64,000 nt of DNA, taken from NCBI RefSeq assembly GCF_009914755.1, contig NC_060925.1; one strand, given 5' to 3'. Positions within the stretch are counted from its first letter, which is position 1. The number at the start of each line of letters is the position of its first letter. The notes beneath the pieces are model-generated. The model was not told where the DNA came from. It searched no databases and saw only the letters and a program-made list of their open reading frames with translations. The translations under genes were made by a program, and so were the position numbers. Of this stretch, positions 42,441 to 60,984 are shown in pieces. This stretch comes from the human T2T-CHM13v2.0 reference genome, Homo sapiens.

Positions 42441-42952
42441 GTAACGGTGGGGTCGCCATGGGGCCAGTGCCCCTGGGGAGAACCTGCCCCAGCTGGCCGT
42501 AGGTAACAGGGTGGGGTTGCCATGGGGCCAGTGTCTCCGGGGAGAGAGGGAAGGGATCCCTGGACATCATCCCCCAGCCAGCCTCGGGTAATCGGGCTCT
42601 AAGGGGCATGGTTGGGACCCCATGCCTCTAGGGGGATGTCAGGAGTCCCTGAGGACCTGGGCCACCCCCTCCATCTGCCAGCCATAGGTAATGGGGCTCC
42701 CGCTTTCATGGGAAGAGGATGGGGAGCGCTAAGCACTTGGGCCACCTCTCCATCAGGGAGCAGCGGGCTCCCCCATGCCTCCTCCAGCCACCTCTTAGAC
42801 AAAGCCCGTGCCCAGCACTGCAGGGCTTCCTAGACCCCCTCAGACCCCCAGACCAAGATGCTGGGTCTCTCGGCCCAGTCAGAGGCAAGGCAGACCCATC
42901 AGGGGTCCCTGTGGTGGGTGTTTCTCCCTCACCTTGGGTCTCGCCGCCACAG

Positions 42953-43041
42953 CCTGGTGCCTGAGGAATGAGGGAGTCAGCTCCGTGCTCCTGGGGGCCT
43001 CCAATGCGGACCAGCTCATGGAGAACATTGGGGCAATACAG
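42953..43041 (+). CDS. KCNAB2: KCNAB2 exon (A)[29 protein letters not shown]
   Basis: 89 nt, GTAAG donor. Confidence 0.97.
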
Positions 43042-44168
43042 GTAAGAGTGAGAGGCCTTGCTGGGCAGAGGGCCCATCCCAGCCCGAGCCCCGTCCAGTG
43101 CATCCTCCCAGGCTCGTCCTGCGTGCCAGGCTCTGTTCTAGGCACTCAGGATGCGCCCGTGAACCATCAGAGTTGTGCTCCTGGAGAGCTTGCTTTCCAG
43201 CAGGAACAGACATGAACACTAACTGCACGAAACAAGGAGGTTAGAATGTGTGTCAGGGTGGACGAGCGCTGTAGGAGAGAAGCCAGAGATAAAGGGAGGG
43301 AGCTGGGGCCAGGGACGGTGGCGCTGCAGACTCAGGTTCAAGGGGGCCTGTCAGGTGGGCTTGTTGAGAAGGTGGTGCTTGAGCAGTCTTGAGAGATGCG
43401 GAGTAAGTCACGCAAATGCCTGCGGGAAGAACCTTCCACCAGCAGGAAGAGTTGATGCAAAGGCCCAAAAAGGCCTGGAGCAGAGGGGCAGATCCTGAGA
43501 GGCACGAAACACCTCCAGGGACTTCTGAGTGAGACGGGAGCCGTGGCAAAATTGTGGGCAGAGGAGGGCGAGCTGCAGCTCAGCCTGGAAAGGGAGGCTG
43601 CTCTCCGGCTGCTCCACCGGGGAGGCTTTGGGAAGCAAAAGTCGAAGCAGAGAGCCCTGGTGGGAAGTGGCAGCTGCGGGTCCGAGACGGGAGTGGTGGT
43701 TGGATCCTGGATGTTTGGGAAGGTGGGGCCCCCGGGACTGGCTGACAAACTGGATGTGGGGGTGAGAAGGCGAGGTGGAAGTCGGTCCCCGGGTGTGTCA
43801 CCCGGAAGGGTGGCGGTGCTGTATGCTGAGGCAGGCGCAGCTGGAAAAAGCAGTCACGGACATGGAAGTCCAGCATTTGGCCTGGAGTTTCCATTTTATG
43901 TCACTGCTGCCACCACCCTTCAGGAAGGTTCTAGGGCACCTTGACATTTGAGAGGGAGTGCACAGACCCAGGCATGCTTCCTCTCTGCCCCAAACCTTCT
44001 GAAACACAAAAGCAGCGTGGCCTCCATCTGCCTCAGATGGAGCCCAGATGTGATGGGGCAACCCGGGCCTGGCCAGCCGACCATCTGGAAGAGCCTGGCC
44101 CCACCTCCTCCCCAGGCCAGGCCCGTCTTGTTGGTGGGATTCTGATTTGTTGTTGTTCTTGCACGCAG

Positions 44169-44258
44169 GTCCTTCCGAAACTGTCGTCTTCCATTATCCA
44201 CGAGATTGATAGTATTTTGGGCAATAAACCCTACAGCAAAAAGGACTACAGATCCTAA
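44169..44258 (+). CDS. KCNAB2: KCNAB2 last coding segment [29 protein letters not shown]
   Basis: GCAG acceptor; known Kv-beta C-terminus; TAA stop. Confidence 0.97.
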
Positions 44259-46878
44259 GCCGCCCCCGCCCGCCTGCTCGGACAGTTTCCGTTCCCTCCT
44301 AGTCTCTGTTCGCTCGCTTAAGCTGTTTTGAAGCCAAGTGAAGAGTGTGGTTTGCATCCAAGAGAAAACACCACACTGTGATGTCATCGGGAAATGATCT
44401 CCCAAGTCGCTGCCAGACACCACCCACTGCTTCGCCGGACAATGTCGAAGTCCAGTCTGTGCCGGGGAAGGCACTGGTTAGGAAGGATGTTCAAACGGTC
44501 CCACCCAAGCCTGTCACCTCTGCTCATCCTCCAAGACCACCCAGCTTTCTCCCAGCCACAGCCAAGATTCCCAAAGTCAAGGCCCAAAGATTTCCAAGGT
44601 TCCCAAAGTCAAGGCCAGGCCAAGGCCTGGTTGGGTCCTTGGGGCGGGCAGGGCCGGCCTCTCCTCTGCTGAGAATCCCCACTTGGTGTAGGGGGAGAGG
44701 GGAAAGGGGTCTGGCCCATCGAGGGGCCCCTTCTGCCAGGGCCTTGGTTGCTGGGGCAGGGCCTCCCCACTGGGGGTCTTCCTCCACCTCCCACTTTCCA
44801 AGGGCTCCAGGAATCTGGGGCCTGACCACAGATTCCTCTCCCATCCTTTTCTGCTCCAACCTGCCCCACTGGGTCCCGGCAGGGGCCATGCCTACCAAGC
44901 TCGAGCTGGCCCTTGACCCCCACCCACCCCCACCCTTGCTGGCAGGGGCAGGGACCCCAGGGGGATTGACTCTGCAGTTTGGGAGCCACAAAAAGCGTAG
45001 CGGTGTGATTTCTAGCTCAGCCTCCCACCGTCTTCCTCCTACACACCAATGATGAGCCTCATGCCAGTGAGGCCCGGAGCGCTTGGGAGGGGTCCCAGTG
45101 GGGCAGGCCCCTCTGTCTGGCCACCCCTCTGTCCTGGCCCCGGAAGGCCCTGTGGTCATGTGCTCCTAGCTGCACGGTGGCTGCTGGCCACACCACGGCA
45201 AGTGGCAGCAGGGGCCGGCCCTGTGCACAAGGATGCACTCCTCTCGGCCCCTGTAGACTTTCTCTAAAGCCGCCCGCCAGCCCAGGCCGCTGCTCTGCAC
45301 CGAGCTGGTGGGCTTGGGTTTTGTGGAGCGCATGCTTGGACCCTTTCAGTAAGGAAGGGTCTTTGGGGTTTTCTGTGCCCATGACTTGGGGGCTGCACCC
45401 CCACAGCACCCCCACAATGTAGGAAAAGACCTCAGGGAACCTCTCCCTGGAAAGACGGGCAGGGCTGGTTAGCCCCTCCCACTGCCTGACACCTGGGACA
45501 GGCTGGGCAGAGGGGAGAGAGGGCAGGACAGGCCAGAGTGACGCCCCCGTGCAGCTTGGGCCGGAGGGCAAGGGATGCCAGTAAGTCTGCAGGTGCGGGG
45601 TGCCACCTACAGGCCCAGGCCTGTGTCCCAAGCAGTACCCAGGCTTTGCAGACCACGCGGGGCAGGGCTCCACTGAAGCCACCCCCACCCCTCGCCAGCT
45701 AGCTCCATAGGGAAGCCTGTGTCTCCTGCCCCCAGGGCGCACCCTCAGTGCAGGCACCTCTGTTCCCGCTTTGCCCCTGGAGGAGCCACTATTCCAGAAG
45801 GCTCCACCCTGCCGTCCTGCGGGAGCCTGCTGTCCAGTCCTGGCCGGGCCAAGGCCTGGGAAACTGTGAAAGTCAGAAAGGCCAGCGGGGAGAGGCTGGG
45901 GCGAGGGGAGGAGGGGGATCAGCTTCTGCTATTACCGACCCCCCTTCATGCTGCCCCTGGCGCCTAGAACCCTTGCCCCTCCTCATAGACCAAGTCCCGG
46001 GGGTCTCCACTCAGTCCTGCTGCCTGCTTCACCAGAAGCAGCCCTGTGAGTGTGGGGTGGGGAAGTCCCTTCCCAACGGAGGTCCCAGCCTATGGCCCTG
46101 GGCCCAGGTGGGGGTCGCCTGCTTCCTTCCCGGACAGGGTCCTGCAGTGGCCAATGGTGCCAGAGGGCAGGTGGCCCACCCTCGCCGTCAGGGAGGGTGG
46201 CTGGCCCCATCCCCACTGCCACCCAGCCCCACCCACTGTTGGAAGAGGGACCAGCGCGAGGTGGTGCCCAGGGTGGGCACTGCTGCTTAATGCGAGGCAC
46301 ACCTGGGGCAGCTGAGCCCCCCGAAGGCTGCGGGTTTGCCAAACACAGAGAGGCCAGGCCCCAGTGTCAGGATGCAGTCAGCCTCTGGCGCAGCTCTTTC
46401 CACGACCTGGTTCCTGGATGTCCTGCTTGCTCCACACCCATCTACAGGGAGGATGTGAGGGGGCTCTGCCTCCTAGGGCCAGGTCCCCCCTCTCGGGAGG
46501 GGGTATTGGGTAGGACCATCCAAGAAAGGGCAGAAGACCAAGGGCAGTCGGGGTCTAGAAAGGAGGGCGCTGGCCCTGCTGGGCGCTTCGGAGCCCCCAC
46601 TGTTTCCCACTCAGCTTTGTGCTCAGATCCCAGGTCCCAAGGAGTGACAGGGGCTTCCTCCCACCTTCTGTCCTTGTCCAGTCATGTAAATAATGTGCTA
46701 TTTCTCTCCCCGAGTCTTTTTTTTTAAAACCTACCGTGGTTCCTCAGCTAACTGCATTCCCTACCCAGGCAGAGACTGTCCTATGCCTCGAGCTTCCAAA
46801 CGAGACTCAGACCGCGACACAGCCACCGTATTTATGGAATGACAAAATAAATAAAGCCCAAACCCATCGGTCTCTGTG
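44259..46878 (+). other. KCNAB2: KCNAB2 3' UTR (end approximate)
   Basis: Runs from the stop codon to about 20 nt past the poly(A) signal. Confidence 0.75.
46846..46855 (+). terminator. KCNAB2: KCNAB2 poly(A) signal (two overlapping AATAAA)
   Basis: AATAAATAAA followed by the GU/U-rich TCTCTGTGACTTTTTG. Confidence 0.8.
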
Positions 46879-47471
46879 ACTTTTTGCTCCTCTCATTTCC
46901 TCAGGGTCAGGGCTGGGCCAGGGTGACACGGGAGGGGAGGAAAAGGCTGCCAGCAGCAGGGCCTGGGGCATCCCCCAAACCGGAGCCTGCAGCCAAGGGC
47001 AGGTGGGTTGGAAAGGGCCCGTGGAGAGAGAGCGGGGACAGAGAATGGGGACAGGGTGGTCAGAAGACCTGTCCCCCATCTCTCCCAAGCGATTCAGCCA
47101 AGGGAGGGTGCGTGCCTCCCCTGCCGCCCCCAACACACACATTCTCTTTCACCAACTCTGAGGGCCCAAAGCTGCTTGCTGGGAGGCTGCTGTCCCTCTG
47201 GGGACCTGGCTGGCTGCTGTTCTCATAAGGACAGAGGTCCAGGCCTGGGGAAGCTCTCATGGTATGTGTTTGGGGTACAGGTGAGAGGGGCCTCACCCCA
47301 GCACACCCCTGTTTCGGGCTCCCCTCCTTCCCAGTGAGCCCCTGCACCCGTGAAATGACCATCCCAGGCAAGAGAAGGCTTCCGGACACGCCCCCACCCC
47401 CCACCACTCCTCCCTGGCCCCAGCCCCCACCCCCATTCTAAATCTTGAATCTTAAAAAGAAAAAGCCTCTG

Positions 47472-50400
47472 ATTAAATCCTTTCCCAAAGGATTTATTAA
47501 AACACAGAAAACCAAAACATACACACAGAGTACAAAGTAAAGGTGATTGTGTTGGCTACAGCCTCTGTCCAGCCTCCCGTGGGCGAAGACCAGACAAGCC
47601 ACGGCTCACAGGGGAGCCTGGCTTCCAAAGCTGGACCCGCCCCCGCCGGGGCCACCCTGGCTGGGACTCCTGGCGCGCCCTGCACCCAGCCCAGGGCCCT
47701 CCCTTTGCCAGCCTGGGGCTGTGCCTGGGGAAAGGGGTCGGCCCCCTCTTAGCTGGGCCTGGGCCGGTGGAGTCTGCTCCCTCCACACCCCTGAACTCAG
47801 ACCCCACGGGCCAGTGGGGACCCTCCCTTCCTCTCCAGGGGTGCTTGGGCTCCAATCGCTGCTTGAGGAGTTCAGGACACACACACACACCCAACGGGCC
47901 CTTTCTGGGTTATCGCACCTAAAAAAATACTTTGTTTAAAAAAAAAATCTGAAAATTAAAGAAAAAAAAAACACAACGCCAGTGAGTTTGGGCTGATGCA
48001 CCACAACCTGTAAACTTTCAGACACAGAAAACAGGACAGGAACCAGCTGCCGAGGCCGAGGCGGGCCTTGCACAGAAGAGACTTGGGGGAGGGGCCGAGG
48101 CCAGGTCACCAAGACGGTGAGGGCAGAGGGGCGTGCCAGCCTCGGCCCCCACCCACGCCCTGTCCCCTGCCCACAGACCCTGACGCACACTGGAGGCTCC
48201 AAGTGACCAACACTTGACCAAGTCCATCTGGCTTCTGGCTCCCATGTACCCGAGCCCACTCTCCACTCCACCTCCTTGGGCCTCAAGTGTCCTGGGATGA
48301 CAGGAGTGAGGGCTGCAGGTGTCACCGGGCCAAGGCTTGGTCAGCTCCTGACCTCGGCAGGGGAGCACCCGGGGGACTCTGGGAAGGCAGCCCCCAAAAG
48401 CAGGAGGACTTCAATCATAGGGGGCAGGGAAAGTCCAGCCTGCCCCTGGGGGAAGCCAAGTTTGCAAAAAACGCAGGAGCTTCGGAAGGTGGCTTTCACG
48501 GGGGACGCTGCTTCTGCCTCAGGCGTGTATGAGAGGGCCCTGCAGACGTGCTCACTCCACCCCGAGTCACCTGAGCCCATGGGGCAATGCCTTCCAAGAC
48601 CTTGGCTCAAACATGGCTCTGCAGAAGCCCTACTCAGCACTGGCTTAAAGTGGCTGGAAATTTCCAATCGCAGACTGGCACTTTGGGCTCGCGTTCATGC
48701 CCGAGGACCCTGATTCTACCAGCAGCAAAAACCAAACCCAGCCCAAAGACGCCAAACATATGGACATCACCATCACCACTTTTGGCAGAGATGACTGACA
48801 AACCAAGAAGGACATTCTCAGATCTTTTCTCCTCTCCCAAACTGGTCAGCCCCAAACCCGCTCTGACTCTAGTAGCCCACCCCTCCCGGGCCCCGGGGTG
48901 CTGGCCACGGACAGCACCACCCCTTCTGGACCAGGCAGTGCAGGGGGCCCAGGCCCAAAGGAGCCCTGGCCAGGCTTTCCTGGGTGCCCGAGTCTAACCA
49001 GGCAGAGGAGAAGGGAGCCCTGGCGAGGCCTGGGAGGGAAGCAGAGAGGAAGGGACAGAGCAAGCCTGCCTGAGAGGAAGGCGCACAGGGGAGGGACCAT
49101 CAGCCCTTGGGGTGGAGACACAGACCCCTGCCCTGACCGCCACAGGCCTCCAGTCCTGCTGCTCGGGACCTATCTGCTGTGGGCCAAGGAAGGTGGGCAC
49201 TGCTCCCAATGAGGGCCAACCCCAGTGCTTGCCACTGCTTGTTTGGGGACGAGGGCACGGGAGTGAGCTTCTGACCCGAGCCAGGACCCTTTGCCAGGAG
49301 GCACCGCAGAGCACACAACACGCATGTGGATGAACCATAACATGTGAGCCCGCTGACAATCATCTCCACTCCAGGGTGCTCCCCACTACGCCCACGTGCA
49401 GTGTCAGGGTCGGGCTGGCCTTGCAGACCTGGATCCAGACTGGAGTGTGGGAATGCGCCAAGAGGAAGGACTTGTAGGTCCCGCCCTCCGGGGTTCAGAG
49501 ACAGCCTCATTATGAGTGAGGCATATAGGGCTTAGGGAGGGCCAGGCAATTGCTCCAGTGTCTGCAACACAAGCTGGTGAATCCTGACCCAGCCCTGGCC
49601 CCCTCAGTCCCAGGCAGGCCCTCTCCAAGGAGCTGAGCCCCAGCCCGTGTGCACCTCCACCCCAGGCCCAGCTGGGTTTTTCACGCAGCCCTTTCCTAAC
49701 ATTCCCAGGATTCTGCACCCCAAGGCACCTTCCCTGGGAAGGTCCCAGTACAAGACTCAGAAACGCCTTCCAGGTCGACCTGGGGCCAGGAGAAGGATCA
49801 CACACAAACAGGCCTAGGGAGGGCCTGACCTGCTCCCCATCTCCGTCCCCAACTTGGAGGGGCAGGGTCCGGGGGAGTGGGTGGGATTCCAACAACCCAC
49901 ATGTGGGAAGATGGTTTTGGGATGTCAGGGCGCTCCTGGCAGGAAACAAGGCAGCAAGCCCTTGGTGCTGCGGCTGGGAGGGGTCTGCAGAGGGCACTGG
50001 GTCCAGTCCCCCTCCAGGCAGAACTCTCCCCACGCCTTCCAAGAGTGCAGCCTCAGGCAAAAAGCCCCCGGGAAGGCCTTTCCAGGGACAGGGGAATGGG
50101 ACAAGTCCAGGCCCCCAGGGGCAGCCCGGTTCCACCTCCGGAGGTGGGCAGGGTAGGCATCCCAGGGCACAGGGCAGGGGGCCAGGGTCTCCTGGGCCAG
50201 CTCAGGGCCCATGACCCTCCTTGCTGGGGCGCAGCTATCACTGCCCTTAACCACACCTCTGGCAGAAGGCAAACCCAACGCAGCAGTGGCTCCGAGGCAA
50301 GTGCTGCCCCCCCACCAGCCCACCCTCCCTGGGATCATACGCTTCTGCCTGCTGTGAAGAGCCGGGGCCACAGGCCCCCCACTGGTAACAGAGTCCAGGG

Positions 50401-51115
50401 CCTTCAAGATGCGCTGGGCCGGGGACAGACACCTGCTGGCAGAGGATCCACCTCCCCACAAGGAGAGAGCAAACACCTGGCGGCCTCCAGCCTTGGCAGG
50501 AAGGAGGGGAAATGTCAGCCAGGGTCTCACCATAGGGCTGGACAGCGGCTCCCCAAACCTGCCCTGTCTGGTGCTGGGAGGCTCCAAGCGGGCAGGGGGC
50601 CAAATCAGAAGGGGCTGTCACACAGGTGCAGACAGGTCAGGTAGGGGACACTGAGGGCTCCTAGGGCACCGGGCGCCATGTCCTCCCCAGCTGGGCTGAG
50701 TCCACAGGGCAGTGCCAGGACTACCTTGGGTCTGGAACCCATCGGTAAAGAGACATCAGTGCTGCAGGTTCGAATCTTCCATACGTCATCCAACTTTTAT
50801 CAAGACAAACGTGTTCAAGTCTTCAATAGGAAAGTGCAAAAGATGTACAAATAAATGAAATCTCTTCTAAGAAGTCGTCTGGAAAAGGTGGCGAGGGGGC
50901 ACGTCCGGCGTGGTTGTGGGGGCAACGCTGTGTGGAAGAACACTTGAATTATGATGAGGTGGCACTTCTGGGCTCTGGCCCAGCTGAGCTGGGCCTCGTC
51001 CTCCATGTGATGGCATTACTAGGTTTCCCTTTTTGTCCCAAGGTGGCGCTGGCTCCTAAAAAGGTGGCAGCTTTTCTCTCCCATGTGGGTCGGGCAGGTG
51101 GCCCGGCAGGCGTGG
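47472..51115 (-). other. CHD5: CHD5 terminal non-coding exon (3' UTR, end approximate)
   Basis: Acceptor CTGATTTGCGTTTTGCAG on the - strand ending at 51116; extends to the poly(A) signal. Confidence 0.7.
47493..47498 (-). terminator. CHD5: CHD5 poly(A) signal
   Basis: TTTATT on the + strand, with an A-run at about 47454-47464 that forms a U-rich downstream element on the - strand. Confidence 0.75.
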
Positions 51116-51921
51116 CTGCAAAACGCAAATCAGTGGGTTAAGCAGGTGGGCAGTTATAGGGGGCATCAGGGTGGCACCCAACAGCCTGTAGCTGCTTCTC
51201 CACCTATCACAACCAACTATGATCGGGGTGCCCCCCAGCCATGACCTCCCAGCCACAGGCTGCCGGGCCAGGCCATGAGCTACACCCAGAGTGCCGAGAG
51301 CACCCAGGAAGCAGCAGTGGGCAGGGGCAGCCAGCCAGGAAGCCCCTCTGGAGCCTCCTCCAGCAAGACACGGTTCCCACAGGGACAGACACAGCGTAGT
51401 GGAGGCTGGTGGCCCCAGAGAAGACCAGAATGAACTGGCAGTTTCTCTGAAATAAGCCCCCTCTCCTGGCCAATAGCCCCCACAAAACCCTCAGCCACCC
51501 TCCTGGTCCTGGGCAGGAAGTGAGGGTGTAAGACAAGATGTGATGTCTGCCACCAGCAGGACAGCAGGGGCAGGACAGGGCTCCAGGCGGGGGCAGCAGT
51601 CTCTGACTTCCGCTGGGAACATGTGTGCAAATGAGAACACATGTGCACACACAGGAGCTCACCCAAGTCCACCGACCCCTTCATGTCCTGCCACCCCAGC
51701 CTCCCAGTGGACAGACACGCTGGCCACAAGGTGGTCCCAGGGCCAAGGGGGCAAGGTAGAGGGGCTCCAGGCAGGTGGGTGGCTCTCAAAGCCGCCGGAG
51801 GCAGTAAAAGCTCCAGGACTTAGGGACGGGAGTCAAGTGCAGGGGCAGGGCTGACTGTGGCCAGGCCTGGTTTGCCAGCAATGGGGTGGCGGGGAGGAAC
51901 ACAGCACCCAGCAGCCCTCAC

Positions 51922-51975
51922 CTCAGCTGGAAATGAGCGCTGCAACACAGGGAAGTCTCGAGGACGGCTAGATAT
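51922..51975 (-). CDS. CHD5: CHD5 penultimate exon: coding 51968-51975 ((D)I*) plus 46 nt UTR
   Basis: TTTTTTTGACAG|ATATCTAG; donor GAG|GTGAGG. Confidence 0.88.
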
Positions 51976-51981
51976 CTGTCA

Positions 51982-54658
<2,677 letters not shown>

Positions 54659-55231
54659 TTATTTGCAAGGGTGTATGACTGCACTTGCCCAGAACCGGGC
54701 ACCAGGGGGTGCCCTGCACCAGGCCCTCCCAAGCTGCAGGCAGCACTGCCAAGTGGGGACACAGCAGGAGCTTCCAAAGAACTCCTCCCAGGAGCCCCTC
54801 TGGGCTGGGCAAGGGCCCACGGGCTGCAGACGAGCCAGCCAGAAGCGCTGCCTGACGCTGGGCTTCCCTCCTAAGAGTTCTCAGGGAGACCTGCAGCCCC
54901 AGGCCCTACTGGGCACAGGATCAGAGTACACCAGGGAGGGCTGCAGGGCACAGGGAGGGGTCCAGCAACTCTCACCACAGGGCCACCCCTCCCCCAACCA
55001 GCCGGGAGCCCCGAGGGCAGAAGTGTGCCCTGTGACCACAGGCAGAGATGTGCAGCCAGCACCAAAGCTCTGAATCCTGGGAGATCTTGGGCAAACTACT
55101 TCCCTTCCCACACGGGGCCAAGGAGAAGGCTCCAGGCTGATGGGTATTGCCCGGGCTAAAGACACAGTGCATTTAAGTCACGCTGTCAGGACTCAGAAGC
55201 CTTTACAGTTTCGTGGTTTTCTGTGTCACTA

Positions 55232-55723
<492 letters not shown>

Positions 55724-56003
55724 CTACCCTCCGTGCTCCACCAGCGCCCACCCCAGGCCAAGGCTCCCGGCAGAAAGGAGGGAAAGAGGACGTACTGCCA
55801 TCTGCTGCCCACCCTGGCCTGGTGGTGGCCAACCCTTGGAGCTGTCACCAAGCTGGGTTCTCTGTACCCCAACACCCCAAGGCGGCAGATACTTCCCAGT
55901 GGGGCCAGGGCCAGAGCAAGGATCCACCACTGTTAGTTGATGGACATACTGCTGCTTCGTGGCAGCGTGACCCAGGTACACGGGGAGGGGTTGCTGCTCT
56001 CTA

Positions 56004-57698
<1,695 letters not shown>

Positions 57699-57798
57699 CT
57701 AAGAAAGGTTATACGATGGACTTCCATCAACCAGTCACACTCTAGTATAAAGTTAACCACTGGTCTAGACTCCTGGGACCCACAGTCAGGAAGCCTCA

Positions 57799-58185
<387 letters not shown>

Positions 58186-58552
58186 TCAGGACCACCCAGG
58201 AGTAGGACAGGAGAGCGCTGTGAAAAGTACAGTTCAAGTTCAAAGACAGAGCTGCCTGAGGGGGCTGATCTGAGGACAACTGTTCCAGAACATTCCAGGG
58301 CCTAGAGGTATGCAAAGCTTCCAGCTGAGCCCCAAATCCCCCAGGCCAGGCTCTATGACCAGCTCTCCTCTCTCTTAGCGGCAAGGGCACAGCAGGGCTC
58401 AGGAGAGAGTAGGGGAGAGGCTGTCCCCGGCATTGGCTGTGAGGGGCTGGTGAATCCAGGCTCCCACCTGCCAGCTCCAATCAGGCCTGGGGCCAAGGGG
58501 ACGGCGCCTGGGAGACTGTGGGAGGCTGAACAGGGTCCAGAGGGCACCCTCA

Positions 58553-58780
<228 letters not shown>

Positions 58781-58830
58781 TCAATATGTTCCGCAGAGTC
58801 CAACAGGTGCCACCAAAAAGAGCTCTCCTC

Positions 58831-59120
58831 GGCCAGGTGCAGTGGCCCATGCTGTAATCCCAGTATTTTGGGAGGCCGAGGCAGGAGGATCACTTCAGAC
58901 CAGGAGTTCAAGACCAGCCTGGCAACATAGTGAAATCTCATCTCTACAAAAAATACAACAACTTAGCTGGGCTTGGCGCCATGCGCCTGTGGTCCCACCT
59001 GTTCAGGAAGCTGAGGTGGGAGGGTCGCTTGAGCCGAGGAGATAAAGGCTCCCATGAGCCGAGATGGCGCCACTGCACTCCAGCCTGAGTGACAGAGCAA
59101 GACGCTGTTTCAAAAAAAAA
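58831..59120 (+). mobile_element. Alu (J-type)
   Basis: Diverged dimer with A tail. Confidence 0.88.
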
Positions 59121-59642
59121 CAGCACACAGAAGATGAGTTCCCAAGAAGAGAAGGAAATCACCGGGTGCCAGGAAGGAAGGGGAAACTGAAGGTGAGGAA
59201 GCAGGAGCTGGTGTCCAGGGGCCCCAGGTTGGGGTGATGAGACACCAGGAAGAAGCCTGGAGAGCTTGGAACTTGGAGCTGTGTCTCAGCACCCAGGCAG
59301 GACAGGGGAGGCCTCAAGCCCAAAAGATGCAGAGAACTGGAATGATGCCAACACGGTCCAACACCGTGGTCTCTGAAGGAAAGTTCTCACCACTGGCCAC
59401 GGGAGTGAGATGGCCTGTCTCCACCACAGGATCAAGGAAAAGAAGGTCTCCAGTGAGGAACCCACACCCAACGCCTTGTCCTCGTGGGTGTGGGATATGA
59501 ACTGGACCACCCAAGGCAGAGACAGCATCATAAAGCTGCTCCCAGAGGGACACCGCCCATGAAACCTCCCGGCCTGAGCCTCCAGAAACAAAAGGGGAGG
59601 GATGCTCCCACTCCCCAGAGGACACGGAGCTCCTGCAGATAA

Positions 59643-60060
<418 letters not shown>

Positions 60061-60077
60061 TCAGAGACTCTCAAACA

Positions 60078-60347
60078 GAGGTGTCCAATCTTTCGGCTTC
60101 CCTGGGCCACACTGGAAGAAGAACCGTCTTGGGCCACACATAAAATACACTAAACACTGATGACAGCTGATGAGCTTATATATATATACACATAAACACA
60201 CACACACACATTTTTTTGTGATATATATATATATCACAAAAAAAATCTCATAATGTTTTAAGAAAGTTTATGAATTCGTGTTGGGCCACATTCAAAGCCA
60301 TCCTGGGCCACATTTGTCCCACGGACCACACAGGTTGAAAAAGCTTG
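60078..60347 (+). mobile_element. MER30-like DNA element with central TA/CA microsatellite
   Basis: GGTGTCCAATCTTT.GGCTTCCCTGGGCCACA...GGGCCACATTCAAAGCC. Confidence 0.65.
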
Positions 60348-60470
60348 CTCTAAAATAAATATGTCTAGGGTGACCAAAGACAGAGAAAAAAGAAAAAGAA
60401 GGAAGAGAATCCACAGGGAAAGAATAAGACTCCCTCAAAACTAGAAAAAAAACATAAAATTTCTAGAAAT

Positions 60471-60955
<485 letters not shown>

Positions 60956-60984
60956 AGGAAACACACAATCATTAACATTTTAAT

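Noticed and set aside
44223-44228. AATAAA in the last KCNAB2 exon
   Set aside because: It encodes Asn-Lys. Cleavage here would fall at or before the stop codon, and a better signal exists at 46846.
44562-44620. Short direct repeat CCAAG.TTCCCAAAGTCAAGGCC in the KCNAB2 3' UTR
   Set aside because: Two copies of about 23 bp with no recognisable motif; likely a neutral slippage product.
48900-48920. CCACGGACAGCACC, a REST/RE1 right half-site (also a compressed TTCAGCACGGACAAG near 6206)
   Set aside because: The left half or the spacing does not fit the canonical 21-bp RE1, so it cannot be supported without ChIP data.
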